A stretch of 64,000 bases of DNA. Origin: Vulcanimicrobiota bacterium. Lineage in GTDB: Bacteria; Vulcanimicrobiota; Vulcanimicrobiia; Eremiobacterales; Eremiobacteraceae. The translations under genes were made by a program, and so were the position numbers. Position 1 is the first letter of the stretch. The number at the start of each line of letters is the position of its first letter. The stretch is taken from NCBI GenBank assembly GCA_013290125.1, contig JABCYQ010000002.1, positions 128,909 through 192,908 of the forward strand, given 5' to 3'. The notes beneath the pieces were generated by a model, which saw nothing but the letters and a program-made list of their open reading frames with translations, ran no database searches and was not told the origin of the DNA. This document shows positions 1 through 7,448 of the stretch, in pieces.

Positions 1-172
1 CCGCACGCTGACGCGACTCGCCGAGATCGGCGCGGTCATCGTTCCGCCCGTGCCCGGATTCTACAATCGACCGAAGACGGTGGAAGACGTGGTGGATCAT
101 TCCGTCGGCAAGGCGCTCGATGCGCTCGGAGTCGCACACGAGGCATACTCGCGCTGGACCGGTCGTGCATGA
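1..172 (+). CDS. ubiX: flavin prenyltransferase UbiX/Pad1 family, C-terminal fragment (gene starts upstream of window)
   Basis: Frame open from nt 2 to TGA 170-172 gives RTLTRLAEIGAVIVPPVPGFYNRPKTVEDVVDHSVGKALDALGV..., which resembles the conserved C-terminus of UbiX-type flavoproteins. Confidence 0.7.
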   Translation, partial: RTLTRLAEIGAVIVPPVPGFYNRPKTVEDVVDHSVGKALDALGVAHEAYSRWTGRA

Positions 173-459
173 AGCGTGACCAAGTGGCCGTCTCGCATCA
201 CGTCTACCTCGCTTTGACCAAGGACGGTTCGTACTACTGCGGGTATGCGGTAGACACGGACGCGCGGATCGCCGTGCACAACGCCGGCCGAGGTTCGAAG
301 ATCCTGCGCGGCAAGCGCCCGGTTATGCTCGCGTACACGCGTGTGTTTGCTTCCAAAAGCGCCGCGCTGCGCTACGAGTCTTCGCTCAAGCGCCGCAGCC
401 ACGCGCACAAGCGGACGCTCTCGGTACGGTGGCTTGCTAGAATGAGATCGCGCCTCTGA
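169..459 (+). CDS. GIY-YIG nuclease family protein (small stand-alone UPF0213/YhbQ-like)
   Basis: 96-aa ORF. HHVYLALTKDGSYYCGYAVDTDARIAVHNAGRGSKILRGKRP fits the GIY..YIG..R..N core of small GIY-YIG proteins. Its ATG overlaps the ubiX stop (ATGA). Confidence 0.8.
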   Translation: MKRDQVAVSHHVYLALTKDGSYYCGYAVDTDARIAVHNAGRGSKILRGKRPVMLAYTRVFASKSAALRYESSLKRRSHAHKRTLSVRWLARMRSRL

Positions 460-599
460 AGGGGCCGACGATTCGCTGAAGGGGCCAACGATTCGCTGAA
501 GGGGCCAACGATTCGCTGAAGGGGCCAACGATTCGCTGAAGGGGCCGACTTTACGTCGGCCCGAGCTGACGTAGCGTGGGCCGTAAAGTCGGCCCCTTC
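456..599. repeat. REP-like palindromic element, locus 1, with 4 tandem 20-bp units
   Basis: Units GAAGGGGCC[G/A]ACGATTCGCT start at 458, 478, 498 and 518. They are followed by hairpin GGGCCGAC-TTTAC-GTCGGCCC (542-562) and the terminal GTCGGCCCCTTC (588-599). Confidence 0.9.
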
Positions 600-677
600 G
601 GGGTCAGCGCACAGAAGGGGCCGGCGCGATGCCGGACCAAACCGCCGCCACACTTGCGTCGCTCGAAGGGGACAAAG

Positions 678-1445
678 ATGGACCATAAGATACTCGGCAC
701 AACCATGCCCGTGCTGGAGATGATGCTTCAGCCCGGCGAGACCATCGTCGCCGAACCCGGCGAACTCTCATGGATCTCCGGCAACATCCAAATGAAGACG
801 TCCACCTCAGGAGCCGGCGCCAAAGGCCTCTTCGGCGTGATCATGCGAGCGGCCAGCGGCGGCGGACTGTTCATGACGGAGTACTCGGCGCAAGGCGCTC
901 CCGGCATGGTGGCCTTCGCGACCAAACTGCCCGGCCAGATCATGGCCATGGATGTGGCCCCCGGCAAGGGCTACATGATCCACCGTCACGGATTCTTGTG
1001 CGGCACCCCAGGCGTGGAACTCACCGTAGGATTTCAACGCTCGCTCGGCGCGGGCATATTCGGCGGACAAGGACTCGTGCTGCAGAAGATCGGCGGCCAG
1101 GCGCAGGCGTGGATCGAATTAGATGGTGAGGTCGTGACATACGATCTTGCCGCCGGACAAGGACTGCTCGTGCATCCCGGTCACGTCGGCATGTTCGAAG
1201 AGAGTGTGAACTTCGACATCCAGACCGTGCCGGGCATCGCCAACGTGCTGTTCGGCAATCAAGGGCTCTTCCTCGCGCGCCTGACCGGGCCAGGAAAGAT
1301 CTGGCTGCAATCGCTCACGATCAGCGGACTGGCTCACGCGCTCATGCCGTATCTCGGTCACGAAGCGGCGGCCGGCGGCGTTGCGGGCGGCGCGGTCGGC
1401 GGTGCCGTGGCAGGTCAAGTGCTCAAGGATCTATTCGGGCAATAA
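678..1445 (+). CDS. AIM24 family protein (DUF124/TIGR00266-like)
   Basis: ATG at 678 is preceded by GAAGGGGA. MDHKILGTTMPVLEMMLQPGETIVAEPGELSWISGNIQMKT... is typical of AIM24/DUF124. The ORF-track start at 576 runs through the repeat and is not used. Confidence 0.75.
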   Translation: MDHKILGTTMPVLEMMLQPGETIVAEPGELSWISGNIQMKTSTSGAGAKGLFGVIMRAASGGGLFMTEYSAQGAPGMVAFATKLPGQIMAMDVAPGKGYMIHRHGFLCGTPGVELTVGFQRSLGAGIFGGQGLVLQKIGGQAQAWIELDGEVVTYDLAAGQGLLVHPGHVGMFEESVNFDIQTVPGIANVLFGNQGLFLARLTGPGKIWLQSLTISGLAHALMPYLGHEAAAGGVAGGAVGGAVAGQVLKDLFGQ

Positions 1446-1455
1446 CGGCGGCGCG

Positions 1456-2436
1456 ATGTCGGCTGTCCTGATCCTGCGCGAATCGGAAGTCGCCGAGCTG
1501 CTCTCGATGCGCGATGCGATCGAGGCGGTCGAACGCGCGTTTTTGGCGGTGGCCGAGGGAGCCGCCTCATTTCCATTGCGCTCGGTCGTGCGGGCGTCGG
1601 AAGGCCTCCTCGGCGCGATGCCCGGCGCCATCGGCGGCGAACACGCGGCGCTCGGCGCGAAGCTCGTCACCGTCTTTCCTGGAAATGCCGTGCGCGGTGC
1701 GCACACCCACGACGCCGCGATCGTTTTGTTTTCGAGCGAGACCGGCCGGCCTCTCGCGCTGCTCGACGGCCGCTACATCACGGAGATCCGTACGGCGGCC
1801 GCATCTGCAGTTGCGACGCACGCACTTGCCAATCCGCGAGCGTCGGTCGCGGCGATCATCGGAACCGGCACGCAAGCGCGATCACACGTCCACGCGCTGC
1901 ACGAGATCTCGTCCTTCGAAGAGATCCGCATTTGGGGACGCGACTCAGCGAAGGCATCGCACATCGCCGCCGAAGCGCGCGAACGCGGCATCCGGGCGAG
2001 CATGCGCGAGACGATAGCCGACGCGTGTCGGGGCGCCGACGTCGTCTGCACCGTGACGTCTTCGGCTGAACCGGTTCTCGCGCTGCGCGACGTCGACGCG
2101 GGCACGCACATCAACGCAGTCGGCGCGTGCACGCCGCGGTCGCGCGAACTTGCCGCCGACCTCGTCGGTCACGCGCGCGTCGTGTGCGATTCACTCGACG
2201 GCGCGTTGAATGAAGCCGGCGATCTGCTGCTCGCCGCGAAAGATGGGGCGCTGAAAAGTCTATCCGATGTCGCGTTGCTCAGCGACGTGCTGGCGCGCAA
2301 AGTCGTCGTGCGGAAAAGTCCGGACGACATCACGATCTTCGAATCGCTGGGAGTGGCCGTCGAAGATCTGGCGTGCGCCCAACTCGTCTACGAACGGGCC
2401 CGCGCGCGGAGCGTGGGCGTCAAAGTCGACCTATAA
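1456..2436 (+). CDS. ornithine cyclodeaminase/mu-crystallin family protein
   Basis: Family-typical N-terminus LILRESEVAELLSMRDAIEAVERAF and dinucleotide-binding IIGTGTQARSH. ATG at 1456 lies inside the longer track ORF. Confidence 0.85.
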   Translation: MSAVLILRESEVAELLSMRDAIEAVERAFLAVAEGAASFPLRSVVRASEGLLGAMPGAIGGEHAALGAKLVTVFPGNAVRGAHTHDAAIVLFSSETGRPLALLDGRYITEIRTAAASAVATHALANPRASVAAIIGTGTQARSHVHALHEISSFEEIRIWGRDSAKASHIAAEARERGIRASMRETIADACRGADVVCTVTSSAEPVLALRDVDAGTHINAVGACTPRSRELAADLVGHARVVCDSLDGALNEAGDLLLAAKDGALKSLSDVALLSDVLARKVVVRKSPDDITIFESLGVAVEDLACAQLVYERARARSVGVKVDL

Positions 2437-2442
2437 CGCTAG

Positions 2443-2586
2443 CTGAAGGGGCCGACAATTTGAAGGGGCCGACGCTAGTCGGCCCGGGCGAACATAACGT
2501 GGGCCGACATAAAGTCAGCCCCTTCAGTCGGCCCCTTCAGTCGGCCCCTTCAGTCAAGCCCCTTCAGTCAAGCCCCTTCAGTCAAG
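2443..2586. repeat. REP-like palindromic element, locus 2, with tandem 13/14-bp amplification of the 3' arm
   Basis: 5' arms GAAGGGGCCGAC at 2445 and 2462, then hairpin GGGCCGAC-GCTA-GTCGGCCC. Next come AGTC[A/G]GCCCCTTC x3 (2513-2551) and AGTCAAGCCCCTTC x2 plus a partial unit (2552-2586). Confidence 0.9.
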
Positions 2587-2592
2587 TTAGAG

Positions 2593-3153
2593 CTATTGTA
2601 TGCGGGCGATGTATTTCCGATCGCGCGTGTCGATGCGGATCTTGTCGCCGGGGTTGATGAACAGCGGAACCTGGATCGTCGCGCCGGTCTCGAGTTTCGC
2701 CGGCTTCATCACATTGGTCGCCGTGTCACCGCGGAAACCCGGATCGGTTTCCTCAACGCGAAGCTCGATGTGGTTCGGCAGTGCTCCGCCGATCACGCGG
2801 CCGTCGTGGAACTGAACGGTGATGCCCATTCCTTCTTTGAGGAGGTCGGTGTTCTCTCCGAGCACGTCGTGCGTGATCGCGATCTGCTCGTAATTTGCCT
2901 GATCCATGAAATGGAACTCATCGCCTGACCCATAGAGATACTGCATGTCGCGCGTCTCGATGATCGCGCGTTCGAGCATCTCGCCTGCGCGAAACGTCTT
3001 CTCGAGTACGTTCCCGCGAAGCACGTTCTTCAGGCGCGTCCGTACGAACGCCGATCCCTTGCCCGGCTTGACGTGCTGAAAATCCACCACCGTCCAGAGA
3101 TTGCCGTCGAAGACGATGGTGACGCCGGTTCGGAAATCGTTGGTTGAGATCAT
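2593..3153 (-). CDS. efp: elongation factor P
   Basis: 186 aa. [43 protein letters not shown] is near-canonical EF-P. Confidence 0.95.
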   Translation of the reverse strand: MISTNDFRTGVTIVFDGNLWTVVDFQHVKPGKGSAFVRTRLKNVLRGNVLEKTFRAGEMLERAIIETRDMQYLYGSGDEFHFMDQANYEQIAITHDVLGENTDLLKEGMGITVQFHDGRVIGGALPNHIELRVEETDPGFRGDTATNVMKPAKLETGATIQVPLFINPGDKIRIDTRDRKYIARIQ

Positions 3154-3184
3154 CGTACTCCTCTAGGAGCGCGTCTCGCGCTCG

Positions 3185-3784
3185 TCATTGGCTGCGGCCA
3201 AGCTTGAGTTCTGTTCCAGCGAGCAGGCGCCGGATGTTCGCCGCGTGCCGCCATAAGACGAACGCGAGCGCGATCGCACCGAACGTCGTGTACGCGGTGG
3301 GCGAGTGCACCGCGGCGAACGCGACGACGACCGCCGCACTGGCGACCATCGAAGCCAGCGATGCGTAGCGCGTGAGCAGCACGGTCGCGAGCCACGCGAC
3401 CGCAAACGCGACCGCCGCCTGCCAGGCGAGCACCACGATTACGCCCAGGCTCGTGGCCACGCCTTTCCCGCCGCCAAAGCGCAAGAACACAGACCAGTTG
3501 TGCCCGGCGATCGTGGCGAGGCCCACCGCGGCGACGAGCCACGGATCGAAGTGCAAATAGTTGCGCGCCAGCAATGTTGGCACGACGCCCTTGAATACGT
3601 CGCCGACGAGCACCAGCACGCCGCCGAACTTGCCGAGCGCGCGCAGCGAATTCACGGTGCCGATATTGCCGCTGCCGACGCCGCGCGGATCGACGCCGAA
3701 CAGCCCACGGCCGACGAGGATGCCGAACGGAATCGATCCGATGACGTATGCGCAGACGATCGCCGCTATCGCTTCGATCGTCAT
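3185..3784 (-). CDS. plsY: glycerol-3-phosphate acyltransferase PlsY
   Basis: 199-aa polytopic protein. IGSIPFGILVGR...GSGNIGTVN motifs match PlsY. It lies immediately downstream of der, overlapping it by 4 nt. Confidence 0.9.
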   Translation of the reverse strand: MTIEAIAAIVCAYVIGSIPFGILVGRGLFGVDPRGVGSGNIGTVNSLRALGKFGGVLVLVGDVFKGVVPTLLARNYLHFDPWLVAAVGLATIAGHNWSVFLRFGGGKGVATSLGVIVVLAWQAAVAFAVAWLATVLLTRYASLASMVASAAVVVAFAAVHSPTAYTTFGAIALAFVLWRHAANIRRLLAGTELKLGRSQ

Positions 3785-5169
3785 CGCAATTCCTTCGTTT
3801 TGCCGGCATCGCTCTCTAAGATCAACTCTTCATGCGTCGTCGAGTCCTGCTGGACGCGCGGCCTATAGTCGAGGACAACGGGCGTGCCGGCGAAACCGAA
3901 CGCCTCGCGGATCGAATTCTCCAGATAACGCGAATACGAGAAGTGCAGCAGGCGCGGATCGTTGACGAAGAAGACGAACTTCGGCGGCGACGTGCCCGCC
4001 TGCGTGACGTAGTAGCACTTCAGCACGTTGCCCTTGAACGGCGCCGGCGGATGCGTGCGAAACGCATCGCGTACCACGTGATTCAGACGCGCCGTGGCCA
4101 CGCGTTTTCGCCGCTCGTCAGCACAGGCCGCGATCGCATCCCAGACTTTGTGCACGCCCTTTTTCGTGAGCGCCGAACCGAAGAGCACCGCGGCGTACGG
4201 CGCGAACGAAAACTCCGCGTGCAGCGCTTTTTCGACCTCCGCGCGATCGAACGCGGCCGCGTCCACGAGATCCCACTTGTTGACCAAAATCGCAAGCGCC
4301 TTGCCTTCTTCGGTCGCAAGCCCCGCGATGCGCCGGTCTTGCGCCGTGACGCCGACTTGCGCATCGATGAGCAGCAACGCCACATCGCAGCGCCCTATCG
4401 CCGCGACCGCGCGCAGGCTGCTGTAGTAGTCGAGCGCCGGACCCTGGTTCACGTGCCGCCTTATGCCGGCCGTGTCGATGATCGTGAATCGCCGGCCGTC
4501 ATGTTCGACATCGGTATCCGTCGCGTCGCGCGTCGTTCCCGGAAATTCCGAAACGATCGCGCGTTGCTCCCCGAGCAGCGCGTTGACAAGCGACGACTTG
4601 CCGACGTTTGGTTGGCCGATGATGGCGAGCCGCACGATTCCATCGTTATCGTCCGGGGCGACCTTCTCGGCCGGCAACTTCGCCACGATCGCGTCGAGCA
4701 GGTCGCCGCTCTGCAGTCCGTGGACCGCCGAAACCGGCATCGGCACGTCGAAGCCGAGCGTGCAGAATTCGTAGACGTTGGCGGCGGAATTCGGCGATTC
4801 GACTTTGTTCGCGACGAGGATGACCTTCTCGCGCTGCGGCCGGAGCAGGCCCGCCACGTCGTCATCGCCGGACTGCACGCCGGCCTGCGCGTCGACGACG
4901 AAGAGAACGACGTCCGCCTCGCGGATGGCGAGCTCGGCCTGTGCGCGCGTCTGCGCCATGAGATCGTCCACGCTGCCGGTCTCGATGCCTCCGGTGTCGA
5001 CGACCGTGAACCGTCGTCCAAGCCATTCGATAGGAGCATAGAGCCGGTCGCGCGTCACGCCGGGTGTCGCCTCGACGATTGCGAGGCGGCGACCGAGCAG
5101 ACGATTGAACAGCGCGGATTTACCCACGTTGGGACGCCCGACGAGGGCGACGATGGGAGATGACGTCAC
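3781..5169 (-). CDS. der: ribosome biogenesis GTPase Der (EngA)
   Basis: Two tandem G domains (GRPNVGKS and GQPNVGKS P-loops) plus a KH-like C-terminus. GTG start. Confidence 0.95.
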   Translation of the reverse strand: MTSSPIVALVGRPNVGKSALFNRLLGRRLAIVEATPGVTRDRLYAPIEWLGRRFTVVDTGGIETGSVDDLMAQTRAQAELAIREADVVLFVVDAQAGVQSGDDDVAGLLRPQREKVILVANKVESPNSAANVYEFCTLGFDVPMPVSAVHGLQSGDLLDAIVAKLPAEKVAPDDNDGIVRLAIIGQPNVGKSSLVNALLGEQRAIVSEFPGTTRDATDTDVEHDGRRFTIIDTAGIRRHVNQGPALDYYSSLRAVAAIGRCDVALLLIDAQVGVTAQDRRIAGLATEEGKALAILVNKWDLVDAAAFDRAEVEKALHAEFSFAPYAAVLFGSALTKKGVHKVWDAIAACADERRKRVATARLNHVVRDAFRTHPPAPFKGNVLKCYYVTQAGTSPPKFVFFVNDPRLLHFSYSRYLENSIREAFGFAGTPVVLDYRPRVQQDSTTHEELILESDAGKTKELR

Positions 5170-5263
5170 GGCTCGGCTTCATTCGACGACAAGGTCGCGG
5201 CGGCCTCGGCTGACGCACTGCATTTGCCCAGGGCGCGCCGATTGAAGTTGCGAAAAAGCGCAC

Positions 5264-6112
5264 ATGCGAAAGTTTTTGGTCGCGTATTCGCGGTGCCTTG
5301 GTTCGATTTTGATCGGCTTTGCTTTGGTCGCGTCGCCGGTCGTCGGCACCGCAGACGTGCAGACGGCACCCTCGACGAGCCCTGCGCCCTCGGCCACGCT
5401 GCCGCCGCATGGTGGAGCGTATATCACGACGCTGCCCGCCGGCGCGGAGGTGTGGCTCGACGGCACCTATCTCGGCCGGACGCCCGCATTCATCGACGAC
5501 CTTCTGCCGGGGCGGCACGCGCTGACCGTTTCGCGATCCGGCTGGAACGTCGCGACCGCAAGCTTCGACGTCAGCGTCGGCCAAGCGGCCACCGTCAGCC
5601 TCGTGCTTTCTCGGGTCGCCAATGCGGACACGAATGGCGCCGGCGGCTCGCCGGGAACGTTGGACGTACGCGGCACCGTCGGAGACGCGGTGTACATAGA
5701 CGGCACGAGCGCGGGCGCGTTGCCGCTCGACCGGAAAGCGTTGAAGAGCGGCTTCCACATCGTCACCGTCGTGGGAAAGCAGACCGGCCGCATCACGCGC
5801 GTCGTTGAAGTATTTCCCGATACCGCAAGCGTCATTTCGGTGGCCGCGCCCACAAGCGGCTCCACCGAAACTTCGCAAGCCGACGACGTATTGGCTCCGC
5901 TTGCATCGTACGTGCCCGACGCCAGCGTCGTCGTATCGGGCGATGCCGTCGACATCCACGCGCACCGCCTCGAATTGCAGTGTACGATCGGCTCGCGCGA
6001 TTTCGTGATGAATGGAAAAGCCGGCAGCCTTTCGATCGCGCCGGCGCTGGTCGCAGGCAAGATCTACCTCCCGTTATCCCTTTTGCAGCGAATCAGCGCC
6101 GCAAAGCCGTAG
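5264..6112 (+). CDS. secreted PEGA domain-containing protein
   Basis: Signal-peptide-like N-terminus. Two PEGA-like beta-sandwich segments (TLPAGAEVWLDGTYLGRTP...; VYIDGTSAGALP...). The C-terminal GKIYLPLSLLQRI resembles stalk-type (copper amine oxidase N-terminal-like) domains. Confidence 0.6.
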   Translation: MRKFLVAYSRCLGSILIGFALVASPVVGTADVQTAPSTSPAPSATLPPHGGAYITTLPAGAEVWLDGTYLGRTPAFIDDLLPGRHALTVSRSGWNVATASFDVSVGQAATVSLVLSRVANADTNGAGGSPGTLDVRGTVGDAVYIDGTSAGALPLDRKALKSGFHIVTVVGKQTGRITRVVEVFPDTASVISVAAPTSGSTETSQADDVLAPLASYVPDASVVVSGDAVDIHAHRLELQCTIGSRDFVMNGKAGSLSIAPALVAGKIYLPLSLLQRISAAKP

Positions 6113-6125
6113 AGCGGACCGCGCA

Positions 6126-7448
6126 ATGGCTTCGATCTATCTTCAGACGTTCGGCTGTCAGATGAACACCGCCGATTCAAACGGGCTCGCGCATCAAGCG
6201 TGGTCGATGGGCTGCACGTTCACCGATGACCCTGCGCAGGCGGACATCATCATCGTGAACACGTGCGCGATCCGCGAAAAAGCGGAGACGCGCGTGTACG
6301 GCCGGCTTGGCCAACTCAAGCCATTCAAGGACAGCAAGCCGGAGACGAAGGTGCTCGTGGCCGGCTGCTTGGCGGAAAAAGATCGCAACGTGATGCGTCA
6401 GAAGGCGCCGTTCATCGACGCGCTGCTCGGCCCGCGCGAGTACAACCGCTTCAAGCAGCTTCTCGCCGATTGGGGCGTGCCCACCGACCTGGCACCGCCC
6501 GAAACCGAGTTCACGATGCCGTCGCCCGAAGACGACCCGGGGCACGACGGCCCCGCGCAGTTCTCGCACCTGCGCGCGCTCGTGAACATCACGCGCGGCT
6601 GCGAGAAGTTCTGCACCTATTGCATCGTGCCGTACACGCGCGGTCCGCTCGAAAGCCTGGATCCAGACGACATCGAGTCGCAAATCCACCGCGAGATCCG
6701 GTGCGGAGCCAAAGAGATCACGTTGCTCGGTCAAAACGTCAATTCGTACTATCACGCGCCGACCGGCTTGACGTTCGCACAGTTGTTGCGGCGCATCGGC
6801 CGCATCGAGGGTCTAGAGCGACTGACGTTCTTAACGTCGCATCCAAAGGACTTCGGTCCCGACGTCGTCGACGCGCTCGCGGAATTGCCGAACATCTCGC
6901 CGCGTCTCCATCTGCCCTTGCAGAGCGCAAGCGACAGCGTCCTAAAGGCGATGGCGCGCCTCTACACCATCGACGAATACTTGGAAAAAGTCGCCTACTT
7001 CCGCGAGCGGCTCCCACGCTGGGCGTTGACCACCGATCTGATCGTCGGCTATCCGACCGAGACCGAAGAGGACTTCCTCGCGACGCTCGCATTGGTCGAG
7101 CGAGGCACGTTTGAGTACGCATTTATCTTCGCATATTCGCCGCGCGCCGGAACGCCCGCAGCGACGATGTCACCGCAAGTCGATCCTGCAGAGAAGATAC
7201 GCCGCCTCCAAGTGCTCAACACGGCGCAGAACGAGGTCATGCGGCGCTTCAACGAATCGTTCATCGGCGAGACGGTTCGCGTGCTGACGCAAGGCCCGTC
7301 CAAGAAAGATCCGGCGCGCATGGCGGGCAAGTCGGGCCACAACGCGACCGTTATCTGGCCGCGCGATCCGGCGACCGAACACCGAGCCTTCGTCGACGTC
7401 GCTGTGGATCAGGCGTTTCAGTGGGGTCTCGCGGGCACGGCCGTTTGA
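6126..7448 (+). CDS. miaB: tRNA-2-methylthio-N6-dimethylallyladenosine synthase MiaB
   Basis: IYLQTFGCQMNTADS MTTase N-domain, radical SAM CEKFCTYCIVP, and a TRAM-like C-terminus. ATG at 6126. Confidence 0.9.
   Translation: MASIYLQTFGCQMNTADSNGLAHQAWSMGCTFTDDPAQADIIIVNTCAIREKAETRVYGRLGQLKPFKDSKPETKVLVAGCLAEKDRNVMRQKAPFIDALLGPREYNRFKQLLADWGVPTDLAPPETEFTMPSPEDDPGHDGPAQFSHLRALVNITRGCEKFCTYCIVPYTRGPLESLDPDDIESQIHREIRCGAKEITLLGQNVNSYYHAPTGLTFAQLLRRIGRIEGLERLTFLTSHPKDFGPDVVDALAELPNISPRLHLPLQSASDSVLKAMARLYTIDEYLEKVAYFRERLPRWALTTDLIVGYPTETEEDFLATLALVERGTFEYAFIFAYSPRAGTPAATMSPQVDPAEKIRRLQVLNTAQNEVMRRFNESFIGETVRVLTQGPSKKDPARMAGKSGHNATVIWPRDPATEHRAFVDVAVDQAFQWGLAGTAV

Noticed and set aside
456-599. Tandem repeats at 456-599, 2443-2586 and 21896-22088 as CRISPR arrays
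   Set aside because: The units are only 13-20 bp and directly abut each other with identical linkers, so there are no unique spacers. No cas genes are in the window.
576-677. N-terminal extension of the AIM24 ORF starting at 576
   Set aside because: The extension is read through the palindromic repeat and is Arg/Pro/Gly-rich. The conserved protein begins at ATG 678 behind an SD-like GAAGGGGA.
3832-5163. Long ORFs antisense to or overlapping well-supported genes, such as 3832-5163 (+) opposite der, 9940-11304 (-) opposite the cyclase, 19824-21080 (-) opposite the metalloprotease, 24444-25643 (-) opposite uvrC, and 54872-55855 (-) opposite topA
   Set aside because: These are typical high-GC stop-codon-poor artefacts. 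Their translations are Arg/Ala/Pro/Gly-rich with no recognisable motifs, while the opposite strand encodes clear conserved proteins.
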